Source of the DNA: Planctomycetota bacterium
GTDB taxonomy: Bacteria > Planctomycetota > UBA8108 > SXIK01
Length of the DNA stretch: 64,000 nt
NCBI GenBank assembly: GCA_965223265.1
Contig: OZ244999.1
Span: 8,032,001-8,096,000 of the forward strand
Direction: 5' to 3'
Position numbers and translations under genes: made by a program. The notes under the pieces were generated by a model. It was not told where the DNA came from. It did no database searches and saw only the letters and a program-made list of their open reading frames with translations. Below are positions 10,041 to 20,039 of the stretch, piece by piece; position 1 is the stretch's first letter; every line of letters begins with the position of its first letter.

Positions 10041-11993
10041 ATGGCAGAGTCCCAAGACAACGCTCGTTTCGCCCCACCGTCCGATTTTGCCGCGCGAGCG
10101 CACGTCGGAAGCCTCTCCCAGTACAAGGAACTCTACGCCCAGTCCGTGAAGGATCCGGAAGGTTTCTGGGCGGAGCAGGCGAAGCGCCTCGACTGGATCG
10201 AACCTTGGTCGAAGGTCCTTGAGTGGGACTTCGACGAACCGCGTGTGGCGTGGTTCCAAGGCGGTCAGCTGAACGCCAGTGTCAACTGTCTCGACCGACA
10301 TGTCGACGCCGGAAACGGCGACCGCACAGCCATCATTTGGGAGGGCAACGACCCTTCTGAAAGCCGCACGTTGACCTACGCGGAGCTTCTCGGCGAGGTG
10401 TGCCAGTGCGCCAACGCCTTGCAGGAGCTTGGAGTGAGGAAGGGGGACCGCGTCTGTATCTACATGCCGATGGTGCCGGAACTAGCGGTGGCTGTACTCG
10501 CGTGCGCCCGCATCGGCGCCGTCCACAACGTCGTCTTCGGTGGGTTTAGCGCCGACTCGCTCCGCGATCGCATCCTCGACAGCGCGTGCGCGGTCGTTCT
10601 CACGGCGGACGAGGGCGTGCGCGGCAACAAAACCATCCCGCTGAAGGCGATCACCGATGAGGCGCTCGAGGGTGCCGACTGCGTTCAGCACTGCCTCGTG
10701 GTGCGCCGCACGGGCGGCGAGGTCGCCATGAAGGCCGGTCGGGATCACTGGTGGCACGAGACCGTGACGCCGATGTCGAAACGCTGTGCGCCATCGGTTC
10801 AAGACGCAGAAGATCCCCTCTTCATCCTTTACACCTCGGGCAGTACGGGCAAGCCGAAGGGGGTGCTGCACACGACGGCTGGGTACTTGCTCTATGCCTC
10901 GCTGACGCACGAGTTGGTTTTCGACTACCATCCTGGGGACGTGTATTGGTGCACCGCCGACATCGGCTGGATCACCGGACACAGCTACATCCTCTACGGA
11001 CCGCTCGCCAACGGCGCGACCACGATGATGTTCGAGGGCGTGCCGAACTATCCCGACTTCGATCGTTTTTGGGAAGTTGTGGAAAAACACTCGGTGAACA
11101 TTTTTTATACGGCACCGACAGCGATCCGAGCGCTCATGCGCGAGGGCACCTCGCACACCGAGAAACACTCCATGGAGAGTCTGCGCCTGCTCGGGACGGT
11201 CGGTGAGCCGATCAATCCGGAGGCGTGGCGCTGGTACCACGACAACGTCGGCAAGGGGCGCTGCCCCATCGTCGACACGTGGTGGCAAACCGAGACTGGA
11301 GGGATCTTGATCAGTCCGCTCCCCGGCGCCATCGACACCAAACCCGGGTCGGCCACACTCCCCTTCTTTGGCGTCAGGCCGCTCCTCGTCGACGACGAGG
11401 GCAAACGGCTGCCGGCGGAGGGCGAGGCGCGCGGGAACCTTTGCATCGACTTCCCGTGGCCATCGATGATGCGCACCGTTTACGGCGACCACAAGAGGTT
11501 CCGCGACACGTACTTCGTGCAGTATCCCGGTTACTACTTCACGGGTGACGGGTGTTTGCGCGACGCCGACGGTTATTATTGGATCACCGGGCGTGTCGAC
11601 GACGTCATGAACATCTCAGGCCACCGCCTCGGCACGGCAGAAGTCGAGAGCGCACTGGTCGCGCACCCGGCAGTGTCTGAGGCGGCGGTCGTCGGGATTC
11701 CGCACGACATCAAGGGGCAGGGGATCTACGCCTACGTCGCACTGACCGCCGGCGTCGATGCAACCGATGCCCTCCTCCAAGAGCTCGTCCAGCACGTACG
11801 CACGGTGATCGGTCCCATCGCCACGCCCGACAAGATCCAATTCGCCGCCGGTCTGCCGAAGACGCGCAGCGGCAAGATCATGCGTCGTATCCTACGCAAG
11901 ATTGCTTGCGGGGAGGTCTCGGACCTTGGCGACACCACCACCCTTGCCGACCCTGGCGTGGTCACCGACTTGTTGACCAACCGCGTCCAGTGA
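10041..11993 (+). CDS. acs: Acetate--CoA ligase (acetyl-CoA synthetase)
   Basis: [44 protein letters not shown]; 650 aa. Confidence 0.98.
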   Translation: MAESQDNARFAPPSDFAARAHVGSLSQYKELYAQSVKDPEGFWAEQAKRLDWIEPWSKVLEWDFDEPRVAWFQGGQLNASVNCLDRHVDAGNGDRTAIIWEGNDPSESRTLTYAELLGEVCQCANALQELGVRKGDRVCIYMPMVPELAVAVLACARIGAVHNVVFGGFSADSLRDRILDSACAVVLTADEGVRGNKTIPLKAITDEALEGADCVQHCLVVRRTGGEVAMKAGRDHWWHETVTPMSKRCAPSVQDAEDPLFILYTSGSTGKPKGVLHTTAGYLLYASLTHELVFDYHPGDVYWCTADIGWITGHSYILYGPLANGATTMMFEGVPNYPDFDRFWEVVEKHSVNIFYTAPTAIRALMREGTSHTEKHSMESLRLLGTVGEPINPEAWRWYHDNVGKGRCPIVDTWWQTETGGILISPLPGAIDTKPGSATLPFFGVRPLLVDDEGKRLPAEGEARGNLCIDFPWPSMMRTVYGDHKRFRDTYFVQYPGYYFTGDGCLRDADGYYWITGRVDDVMNISGHRLGTAEVESALVAHPAVSEAAVVGIPHDIKGQGIYAYVALTAGVDATDALLQELVQHVRTVIGPIATPDKIQFAAGLPKTRSGKIMRRILRKIACGEVSDLGDTTTLADPGVVTDLLTNRVQ

Positions 11994-12029
11994 ATCTTTT
12001 TGTGACGCCTGCGCCTTTGACGTTTTTTC

Positions 12030-12057
12030 TTGGCAAGTACCGGTAAGGTCTTACAAT
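12030..12057 (+). promoter_or_regulatory. Putative sigma-70 promoter
   Basis: TTGGCA-N16-TACAAT in the intergenic region upstream of the 12294 gene. Confidence 0.45.
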
Positions 12058-12293
12058 CCACAGTCCGGAAAACGGCAATCCGGGAAAGAAGTGAAGTCGG
12101 TGATCTCAACCAGGCCCCTCGATTGTCGGGCCGAATGTTGAGGTCACCAAGGTCGAGCGAACGTCGAGCGAGCTCGTGAAGTGATTTTGAGTCGCGGCGC
12201 CGGTGCTCCCGGTGCGTGGTAGCGGCCTCGTCGTGAGGGATGCCTACCGGCGACCCATGCCGCTCGCGTCGCGCCGAGCAGAGGGACTCCCCC

Positions 12294-15200
12294 ATGAAGT
12301 CAGTCTTCTTCTTCTGTGTGATCTTTCTCTCGATGCTGACGGTGTTTCTCCTTGCCACCGGCGAAGTGCAGCGATGGTTCACTGACACCGGCAGCGGATT
12401 TCCCGAGTTTGAGCGCGTTCGTGCCGACGACGACGCGGAAAACCTTCTCATGTTCCCCTGGTGGGACACTGAAAACGGCCGCGTTGGATTTCGCATTCGG
12501 GCGGAACTCAATCAAGAGGACCTCGGACAGCACCAAAAGATCGATGACATCAGTCAACTGACGCTGCGCAACGGTGTGCTCGAGATTCCCCACGAAGGAC
12601 TCGAAGTGTCGCCGAGCGAGGGCGCGGAGGCGACTGCTCCAGACGCTGAGCAGTCGATCGTCGTCGAGTTCGACACAGCCGAGTGGTCTAAGGAGAGGAA
12701 AAATGTGCTGCTGCGCAGCGGTAAGGGGCGCACCGAAGACGGCTACGAATTCCAGTTCGAGACGCTTTCGTTCGCCTATCAGCAGGGTGATGATCACCAG
12801 GATTCGATCGTGCGCTCCGATCGGCCGGTGAGTATCGAGAATGAAGCGTTTTCGCTTTCTAGTCCTGCTGGGCTGGAGGGCCGGCTGGTTGCCGGCGAGC
12901 TGCGTAGCATCCGTTTTCTGCCCCCGGTGACGGCGAAGATCGATCCCAGCCGGGCTCCGGGGTTTGCGCCCGGGCTTGCGGCAGAGGGCGGAGACAAAGA
13001 GAACGAGAAAGAGGGCGGGCACGCCAGTGAATCCGGGGCCGCGACGCAAGGCGGCAAGGACGCCAAGGAGAAGCGCGGTTTCGTTGTCGTCACCAGCCAA
13101 GGGCCACTCGACCTGGAGCGGCTTCCGGGCGCTTCGGCCTCGGCGGTCCGGGACGGCGAGCACACCGCGATCACGTTTCGCGACGACGTCGTGATCCGCT
13201 CTGCCCCGGTCTCGACCGCCACCAAAGCCGCGGCAGCGTCTGGTTCGCGGTTCGAGTGCCAGCTTCTCGAGCTCTTTTTCGTCAAGAGAGGTAGCCGAGT
13301 GGTGCCCGATGGGGCGCGGGCGACCTGGCCGGGCGGCCGGGTTAAGGCCTATTTTCAGCCGGAAGGTGGCCGCGATCGGGATCTCTATGTGATCGACGGC
13401 GAGCGACTGGAGTGGCGCACCACCGCGGGCGCGGATGGCGACCCAGCCTCCGCCGTGCAGGAGGCTTTTCTTCTTGGGCGACCCACGCTCACGGGTGGCG
13501 CAATGCAATTCGAGGCGGAGCGGGCGACTCTGGGCGTGACCACCGGGCACGTGCTTCTCGCTCGCGTCAGCGGCACGTTTCGACGACCGGAGCCGAAGCG
13601 TCCGAAAGCGCACGGCGCCGGAACCGAAGAGCAGCGCCGGTCGCCCTTTCCATCGGACTGGAACGTCGAGGCCGACGAGATCGAATTCGTGTTCGACGCC
13701 GAGCGGCGACTTTCTCACTTCGTCGCGCGTGCCGAAGATCCGGGCGGGTTACGTCTCGTCAGCCGCGAGAGCGAGGACGGCGTAGATGGCAGCGCGGAGC
13801 GGGACGCAGCGGGGATGAGCTTGGACGCAACGCATCTGCGCTACGATGTTGGCGAGCGAGTGGTGACGATTTCTGGCAAGGGGGGCGACAAGCCAGTCGT
13901 GAAGCAGGGGCCGAACGAGATGAAAGCGGAAGTTCTCAAACTCCTTCTTGCCGAAGAGGTCGCGGTGTTCGAGAACGATGTCCACGCTATCATCGGCGAT
14001 CCGGAATCGTTCGCGGCGCTGCGTGGCGAGCCTCCTACGGCCGAGCCTCAGCCCGCGAATGGCGAGCCCGAGAGTGCCGAGACAAAGAACCAGACCGCCA
14101 AGGAGAACCGGAGCGGTCTTGGGCGACTCCTGGGCGACGGCGGACAGGGGGTGATCGAGCTGCACGCCGCGTCTCTGCGCATCGGCGGCGCGGACGATCG
14201 CATCGGTGCGCTGAGCGCCAGGGGGACGCCGGTGCGCGTCGAGATCGCGGGGCGCCGGCCGCGGGTTCTCGAGGCCGCGAAGCTTGACCTCCTCGACGGT
14301 CAAGTGATTCTCGAGGGTGATGTGAATCGGCGCGCCCGGCTTGAGGTCGGCGACGCCCGGCTGCAGGCGGGACGAGTACGCTTCGAGGAGCTGCACCTCA
14401 CCGCGATACTCGAAGAATCGGTTTCGCTCCAGCTGCGCAAGTCGGGTAAACGCCTCACGGTCCGCGGCGGGCGTGCGGAGGTGCAGTTTTATTCGCAGGA
14501 GGAGATGAAGGGACGGCAAGAGTCGACTGGGCCGCTCCGGGATCTCGATGAAGTGAAGCTACTCCATGTTGAGGGCGACGGCGACGATAGGGTCGAATTC
14601 GCGGGCGGCGGCGACGCGGAGGAGCCGACGCTGCGCGCCAGATCGCAGACCCTTCTGTGGGACGGGGAGACGCGCGAGCTGCGCCTCTTCGGTGACGGGG
14701 AGCAGGAGATTCGTCTGGCGAGCGACCGGCTGGACGGGCCGGTTTTCGCGCGGGAAATCCTCTACCGCGCGGAACAGTCGCTGATCGAGCTTCGCGGCAG
14801 CGTGCGCGGTGAAATCGCCTATCGCGTCGACCGCGAGCGTCCTTCGAAAAGCGGGCGTCGTCAGAAACTGTCGGAGCGTACCCCCACGCACTGGAAACTG
14901 GAGACCAGCCGTCTCGAGATCCGCCTCGGCGATGGCTCAGGAGACGGCACGTCGTCGAGGGGCGGATCCTCAAGTGACGATGCGTCAAGAGACCTTTTCG
15001 TGGAGTCCGTGCATGCGCGGGAATGGGTTCACCTGAAGAACGCGGAGCTGCAGCTGCAGCTCCTCGGCGATGAGCTGCGCTTCGACGCTGGGTCGAACAA
15101 GATCCACGTATTCTCCCCCGCCGGCAGGCCACAGACGTTTCAGCGCGGTACCTCGTTCGCCGCGCCGACCGAGACGGTTGCCGGTCAAGACGAGTCGGGA

Positions 15201-15680
15201 GGCGCCCCAGCTCCAGCATGGAAGACCGACAAAATCATCGCCCAGGAGATCTGGCTGCTGCCCTACTCGAATGCGCGCGCCCAGTTGGGGAGCCCGAGCC
15301 GTTGGCTTCTGATCAGCTTTCATCACGACGTCAAGGCGACGTTCCACCCAGCCGGTGAGACGCTGCTGTCACGGTCGGAGGGCGCGTGGAAGCTCGATGC
15401 CGAGGACGAGTTGACGCTACAGATCGATCCGGAGCGCGACGCCGCACACGCCGTGGTGAGCGCCCGGGCCGTCGGCAACGTTGTCTTCAAGGCTGGCGAT
15501 AACACCGCCACCGCTGAGACGGCTGAGTACGAGGGGCGGAGCCGCGACATGATCCTTCGGGGCCGTCCGGCACGGGTCACATACGACGGCACGACCGTCG
15601 AGAAGCGGGTTTTCCGGCTGGTGTACCAAACGGGAGGCGGGTTCAAACTGGAGTCGCGGCCGCACCCGCGCAGGTCATAG
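12294..15680 (+). CDS. Large membrane-anchored protein with repeated LptC/LptA (OstA) beta-jellyroll-like segments
   Basis: N-terminal TM helix; LptC-like SDRPVSIENEAFSLSSPAGLEG; LptA-like ARAVGNVVFKAGDNTATAETAEY...LRGRPARV; beta-rich repeats throughout. Confidence 0.6.
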   Translation: MKSVFFFCVIFLSMLTVFLLATGEVQRWFTDTGSGFPEFERVRADDDAENLLMFPWWDTENGRVGFRIRAELNQEDLGQHQKIDDISQLTLRNGVLEIPHEGLEVSPSEGAEATAPDAEQSIVVEFDTAEWSKERKNVLLRSGKGRTEDGYEFQFETLSFAYQQGDDHQDSIVRSDRPVSIENEAFSLSSPAGLEGRLVAGELRSIRFLPPVTAKIDPSRAPGFAPGLAAEGGDKENEKEGGHASESGAATQGGKDAKEKRGFVVVTSQGPLDLERLPGASASAVRDGEHTAITFRDDVVIRSAPVSTATKAAAASGSRFECQLLELFFVKRGSRVVPDGARATWPGGRVKAYFQPEGGRDRDLYVIDGERLEWRTTAGADGDPASAVQEAFLLGRPTLTGGAMQFEAERATLGVTTGHVLLARVSGTFRRPEPKRPKAHGAGTEEQRRSPFPSDWNVEADEIEFVFDAERRLSHFVARAEDPGGLRLVSRESEDGVDGSAERDAAGMSLDATHLRYDVGERVVTISGKGGDKPVVKQGPNEMKAEVLKLLLAEEVAVFENDVHAIIGDPESFAALRGEPPTAEPQPANGEPESAETKNQTAKENRSGLGRLLGDGGQGVIELHAASLRIGGADDRIGALSARGTPVRVEIAGRRPRVLEAAKLDLLDGQVILEGDVNRRARLEVGDARLQAGRVRFEELHLTAILEESVSLQLRKSGKRLTVRGGRAEVQFYSQEEMKGRQESTGPLRDLDEVKLLHVEGDGDDRVEFAGGGDAEEPTLRARSQTLLWDGETRELRLFGDGEQEIRLASDRLDGPVFAREILYRAEQSLIELRGSVRGEIAYRVDRERPSKSGRRQKLSERTPTHWKLETSRLEIRLGDGSGDGTSSRGGSSSDDASRDLFVESVHAREWVHLKNAELQLQLLGDELRFDAGSNKIHVFSPAGRPQTFQRGTSFAAPTETVAGQDESGGAPAPAWKTDKIIAQEIWLLPYSNARAQLGSPSRWLLISFHHDVKATFHPAGETLLSRSEGAWKLDAEDELTLQIDPERDAAHAVVSARAVGNVVFKAGDNTATAETAEYEGRSRDMILRGRPARVTYDGTTVEKRVFRLVYQTGGGFKLESRPHPRRS

Positions 15681-15942
15681 TCCGTCTCATTCGATCCCAA
15701 TCCTGGGACCGAAAGAATCTCGGTAAAGGATTCGCTCGGCGAGCAAAAGCCCAAGAGACCTTGGCCTCCCGGAAAACTCGTTCGGCCAGGCGGGTTCGAA
15801 AAGGCCCTGCTCGAGGTTAGACTTAGGAGTTGTCGATCGCGGTCCGAGACGGGCTTCGAGTCGACTCGCTCGCTTCTGGGCGGTGGTCGTCGTGCCGCGC
15901 CGTCGCGGGGCAGCCTCAGCGAACCTGCGGAGTGATCAATTC

Positions 15943-16557
15943 ATGCCTTATCTGCGTTTTCTTGGGCTCACCGTGCTGATCTGTCTTCCTGGCTGCAAGT
16001 CGTTCGAGCCAGCGCTGTTCAACCACGGTGACGGGCTCCGGTCTCAGACCGTCTTAGTGGTTCCGTTCGCTGAGATTCACCAGGATCGCTGGTATTTAGA
16101 GTCGATCCGCGGCGCTCAGCTGGCGCGCAACCTACAGAAGTGGGCGGCGCGCAATGGCGACGCCGACTTCATGGACACAGGCGACGCGAGGCCGATACTC
16201 AACGCGATTCGGGACTGGACCGAGTCGGCGATCACTCGTCGCGACTGGCAGAAGCTGCTCGCTGGCGCCGAAGTCGACTACGTCGTCGTCGGAGACATTC
16301 TCGAGTGGCGTCCGCGGAGCGATCGCACGATCGGTCTCCTTGACGCATCGATTCGGGCGCATTACCGCGTCCTGGACGGCGCGACCGGGCGAGAAAAGTA
16401 CTTCGGAATCACGAACTTGCAGTTGGGGGGGCTCGACGACGACGCCGACATCCCCATGCTCGAAATGGGGAGCCATCAGCAGAAAGTGGAGGAGCGGCTG
16501 CTTGTAGGACTGGCCAGGAAGATCGGCCAGGAATTGTATGGATACTACCGGCACTGA
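15943..16557 (+). CDS. Putative lipoprotein
   Basis: Lipobox LPGC after a hydrophobic segment; VLVVPF...DYVVVGDI pattern resembles CsgG/TolB_N/LptE-like folds. Confidence 0.7.
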   Translation: MPYLRFLGLTVLICLPGCKSFEPALFNHGDGLRSQTVLVVPFAEIHQDRWYLESIRGAQLARNLQKWAARNGDADFMDTGDARPILNAIRDWTESAITRRDWQKLLAGAEVDYVVVGDILEWRPRSDRTIGLLDASIRAHYRVLDGATGREKYFGITNLQLGGLDDDADIPMLEMGSHQQKVEERLLVGLARKIGQELYGYYRH

Positions 16558-16839
16558 CGCTAAAATGGCAGAGGTGACGTTGTCTGAGCGTTTTCTCGGG
16601 CAGCGATCCAGACAACTCGAGAACTCTCTCGAGGCTCTATCCCTCCACACACTGAGTTGCGTCGTCGCCGGGGTTTCTCCGTGAGGCCTTGCCGGTAGCA
16701 GGTAGAGAAGTGGAGGCGCCAGAGTCTCGTCCCGAACGGTCGGGAGGTTTCGGGCGGGCCAGCCTCGTCGAAGCTTTCAGCTGATGGCCGCGGGGACCCT
16801 CGGTTTGGGCCATAGCCCAACGGTTTCCAAGGTGATGCC

Positions 16840-17112
16840 ATGCAGACGATTCTTCTCTCCTTTGCGTTCGCCCCTGGTCCGTTCGAACTGGTCGTGATTC
16901 TTTTGGTCGGGCTCTTGCTCTTTGGCAAGAGGCTCCCCGAAATCGCCCGGAATCTGGGCAAAGGCGTCGTCGAATTCAAGCGCGGTTTGAAGAACGTCGA
17001 GGACGAGATCGAGCACGCTGAATACACGCCGCCGCCCAAGAAGCTCTACCGGGACGACGAAACGGGCTCGCAGGCGCCGGCTAACGGACCGACGACCTCG
17101 TCCGACGGCTAG
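16840..17112 (+). CDS. tatA: Twin-arginine translocase TatA/TatE subunit
   Basis: PGPFELVVILLVGLLLFGKRLPEIARNLGKGVVEFKRGL. Confidence 0.95.
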   Translation: MQTILLSFAFAPGPFELVVILLVGLLLFGKRLPEIARNLGKGVVEFKRGLKNVEDEIEHAEYTPPPKKLYRDDETGSQAPANGPTTSSDG

Positions 17113-17151
17113 TCGTTTAGTCGTTACGCTGGTCTGGCGGTTTTTCCCGCG

Positions 17152-17874
17152 TTAGCGACCGACTCGTAACCGCTCGCCCAGGGCGAGCGGCAGCCCTGCC
17201 TTTTGCACCTTGTGGACGACCGAATCGATGTCGTAGCGGAAGCGGTGCAGTTTGACTTCGCGTGTTTCGGTATCGAAGGTGGCGCAGCAGGCACGAGGGT
17301 CGCGATCGCGGGGCTGGCCGACGCTGCCGACGTTGACGATGATCCGCGTTTCGTCGCGCACCTTGACGCTCTTCTCCAAGCTATAGGAGATGAAACTCTC
17401 TTGGATGAAGATAATTGGCACGTGAGAGTGGCCGATGAAGCAGACGGGTGCCTGCATCTGTGCCATGGAGAGGGACGCGTCATAGCTGGTTTGGACGTAG
17501 TCGAAGAGCTCAGGCGAGCACAACGCGCCATGGACGATGTCGAGGCCATCTAGATGGTGAAGGAGCGGCAAGGCTGACAAGTACTCGACTTCGGCGCTCG
17601 AGAGTTCGTTTCGCGTCCACAGGGTCGCTTCACGAGCCAGCAAGTTGAATGTTTCGATGCTGAGCTTGTCGGCGACCGCGAGATCATGATTCCCAGCGAC
17701 AACAAATTCGGCGACACTGCGAATTCGCTCGACGCAGCGCGCTGGCTCCGGGCCGTAGCCGACGATATCGCCCAAGCAAATGAATGAGTCGATAGACTCG
17801 CCCCTCAGCCCGTCGAGCACGGACTCGAGGGCGTCATAGTTGCCGTGGATGTCTGAGAGAATGGCGTAGCGCAC
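17152..17874 (-). CDS. Metallophosphoesterase (calcineurin-like)
   Basis: SDIHGN, LGDIVGYG, GNHD, GHSH, NVGSVGQPRD motifs. Confidence 0.95.
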   Translation of the reverse strand: MRYAILSDIHGNYDALESVLDGLRGESIDSFICLGDIVGYGPEPARCVERIRSVAEFVVAGNHDLAVADKLSIETFNLLAREATLWTRNELSSAEVEYLSALPLLHHLDGLDIVHGALCSPELFDYVQTSYDASLSMAQMQAPVCFIGHSHVPIIFIQESFISYSLEKSVKVRDETRIIVNVGSVGQPRDRDPRACCATFDTETREVKLHRFRYDIDSVVHKVQKAGLPLALGERLRVGR

Positions 17875-18033
17875 AGGTCGCGGCTCGTCATTAATTGTGA
17901 AATATTTAGAACTTATGCACCAGGGGCTGGCGAACTTGCGGAGTCCGCGAGGCCTGCCTCAACTCAGCATACAACGCGAGCGGAGACGCAACAAAGGTGA
18001 CGAGGTTATCAACCTCAACGCCCGCTTTCTCCG

Positions 18034-18049
18034 TGGCACGATAATTGCT
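18034..18049 (+). promoter_or_regulatory. Sigma-54 (-24/-12) promoter facing the parS array and parAB
   Basis: TGGCACGATAATTGCT matches the TGGCACG-N4-TTGCW consensus; AT-rich tract upstream at ~17890-17915. Confidence 0.7.
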
Positions 18050-18080
18050 AAGGATTGTCTCGGTCCGAGCGAGTACGAGA

Positions 18081-19199
18081 TGTTCCACGTGGAACAAATG
18101 GTGCTCCGAGACCAAATGTTCCACGTGGAACAATCATCTCGTGGTCCGGGCGGAGGCTGTCTGAGCCAGTTCTCTGAGAATGTTCCACGTGGAACATTTG
18201 TTCTACGGACCGAAATGCCCGAGATGTTCCACGTGGAACAATTTGGGTTCTATCGCGAAACGGGTCGCGATTGTTCCACGTGGAACAATCCCTTTTCGCG
18301 ATGACGGCAGTATGTTCCACGTGGAACAATGGTGCTCCGAGACCAAAATGTTCCACGTGGAACAATCATCTCGTGTCCGGGTGTGGAGGCTGTCTGAGCC
18401 AGTTCTCTGAAAATGTTCCACGTGGAACAATGCATGTTCTACGGCCGAAACGCGCCCGAGATGTTCCACGTGGAACAATCTATTGCGAAACGGGTCGTGA
18501 TTGTTCCACGTGGAACATCGTTTTCGCGTAGGACGGCAGAGTGTCAGTTTTCCGGGATCACGTTCCACGTGGAACAAACGCGCAGTCATGTTCCACGTGG
18601 AACAATGGTGCTCCGAGCCCAAATGTTCCACGTGGAACAATCTCTTTTCGCGATGACGGCAGTATGTTCCACGTGGAACAATGAGCTACGCGCGCAGGCA
18701 TGGTTCCACGTGGAACCATGGTGCGCCGAGACCGAATGTTCCACGTGGAACAATCATCTCGTGTCCGGGGTGTGGGCGCGGTCTGAGCCAGTTCTCTGAA
18801 ATGTTCCACGTGGAACAATCCTTTTCGCGATGACGGCAGTATGTTCCACGTGGAACAATGAGCTACACGCGCAGGCATGGTTCCACGTGGAACCATGGTG
18901 CGCCAAGACCAAATGTTCCACGTGGAACAATCTCGTGTCCGGGGTGTGGGCGGTCTGAGCCAGTTCTCTGAAATGTTCCACGTGGAACAATGCGTGTTCT
19001 ACGGCGCAAAACGCCCGAGATGTTCCACGTGGAACAATGAGCCACGCGCGCAGGCATGTTCCACGTGGAACCATGGTGCGCCGAGATGTTCCACGTGGAA
19101 CATTTTCGTTTGCAGCGGACCTCGACTCTCTGGCAAATGTTCCACGTGGAACATCTTTGGTTCCCCCCGAACACAAACCTAGATGTTCCACGTGGAACA
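18081..19199. repeat. parS: parS centromere array: 26 copies of the 16-bp palindrome TGTTCCACGTGGAACA
   Basis: Counted 22 exact and 4 variant copies (18561, 18702, 18879, 19057), separated by 12-49 bp spacers. Fits the parS consensus TGTTNCACGTGNAACA and ends 75 bp before parA. Confidence 0.95.
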
Positions 19200-19274
19200 C
19201 CTCTCCGGGTGGCTTGAAACGCGCCCTGAGCGCCACTAAGATCGAACCAGGCTGTTTCTCCAGGAGTTCCCGGA

Positions 19275-20039
19275 TTGGGCACCATCATCACGGTTGCGAG
19301 TCAGAAGGGCGGCGTTGGCAAGACCACGTCCGCCGTGAACCTAGCGGCGAGTCTCACCCTAGCCCACCAGGAAGTCTTGCTGGTGGACCTCGACCCCCAG
19401 GGCAACGCGTCGAGCGGCGTCGGCGTCGAGCCGGGCCGATCCCCGGTTTTGTCTCAGTCCTTGGGCGGGGATGGAGATCTGCGGCCGCTGGTTTCTCCGA
19501 CCTGTTTCGAGCACCTTTCGGTGCTCGCTTCGTCGGCCGAACTGTCGCACCTTGATTTGATCCACTCGGTACAGACGACCGGACTGCGGCGTTTTCGCGA
19601 TCAACTCGCGACACTCGCTGCGGACTTTGACTACGTCCTGCTCGACTGTCCTCCCTCGCTCGGCGGTTTGCCGACGATCGCGCTCGCCAGTTGTCGATGG
19701 GTTCTGATACCGATCCAGTGCGAGTACTACGCGATGGAGGGGTTAAGCCAGATATTGCCAATTATCAAAAAAATACAGAATGATATAAATCATGACTTAG
19801 AGATCGGAGGGCTGCTTTTGACCATGTACTCCGACGAATTGGAGCTCTCCCAAGATGTGTTGAGGGAAGTCAAGGGGTACTTCGGCGACCAAGTCTTCGA
19901 GAGCATCGTGCCGCGCGACGTCGTCTTGGCCGAAGCCTCAAGCCATGGTCAGCCGGTCTACTTCTATGCCCCGCTGTCGCGCGGCGCGTGGAGCTACATC
20001 GAACTCGCCAAGGAGGTGCTCGAACATGGGTGGGCGTAA
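19275..20039 (+). CDS. parA: Chromosome partitioning ATPase ParA/Soj
   Basis: KGGVGKTT, DLDPQGNA, DCPPSLG, PIQCEYYAMEGL, LAEASSHG; TTG start after AGGAG RBS. Confidence 0.97.
   Translation: MGTIITVASQKGGVGKTTSAVNLAASLTLAHQEVLLVDLDPQGNASSGVGVEPGRSPVLSQSLGGDGDLRPLVSPTCFEHLSVLASSAELSHLDLIHSVQTTGLRRFRDQLATLAADFDYVLLDCPPSLGGLPTIALASCRWVLIPIQCEYYAMEGLSQILPIIKKIQNDINHDLEIGGLLLTMYSDELELSQDVLREVKGYFGDQVFESIVPRDVVLAEASSHGQPVYFYAPLSRGAWSYIELAKEVLEHGWA

Noticed and set aside
18081-19199. CRISPR array interpretation
   Set aside because: The repeat is only 16 bp and equals parS; spacers vary from 12 to 49 bp and recur; no cas genes are in the window; parAB is adjacent.
17897-19555. ORFs with MFHVEQ/CSTWN/VPRGT repeats
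   Set aside because: These are translations of the parS palindrome, appearing in all frames on both strands.
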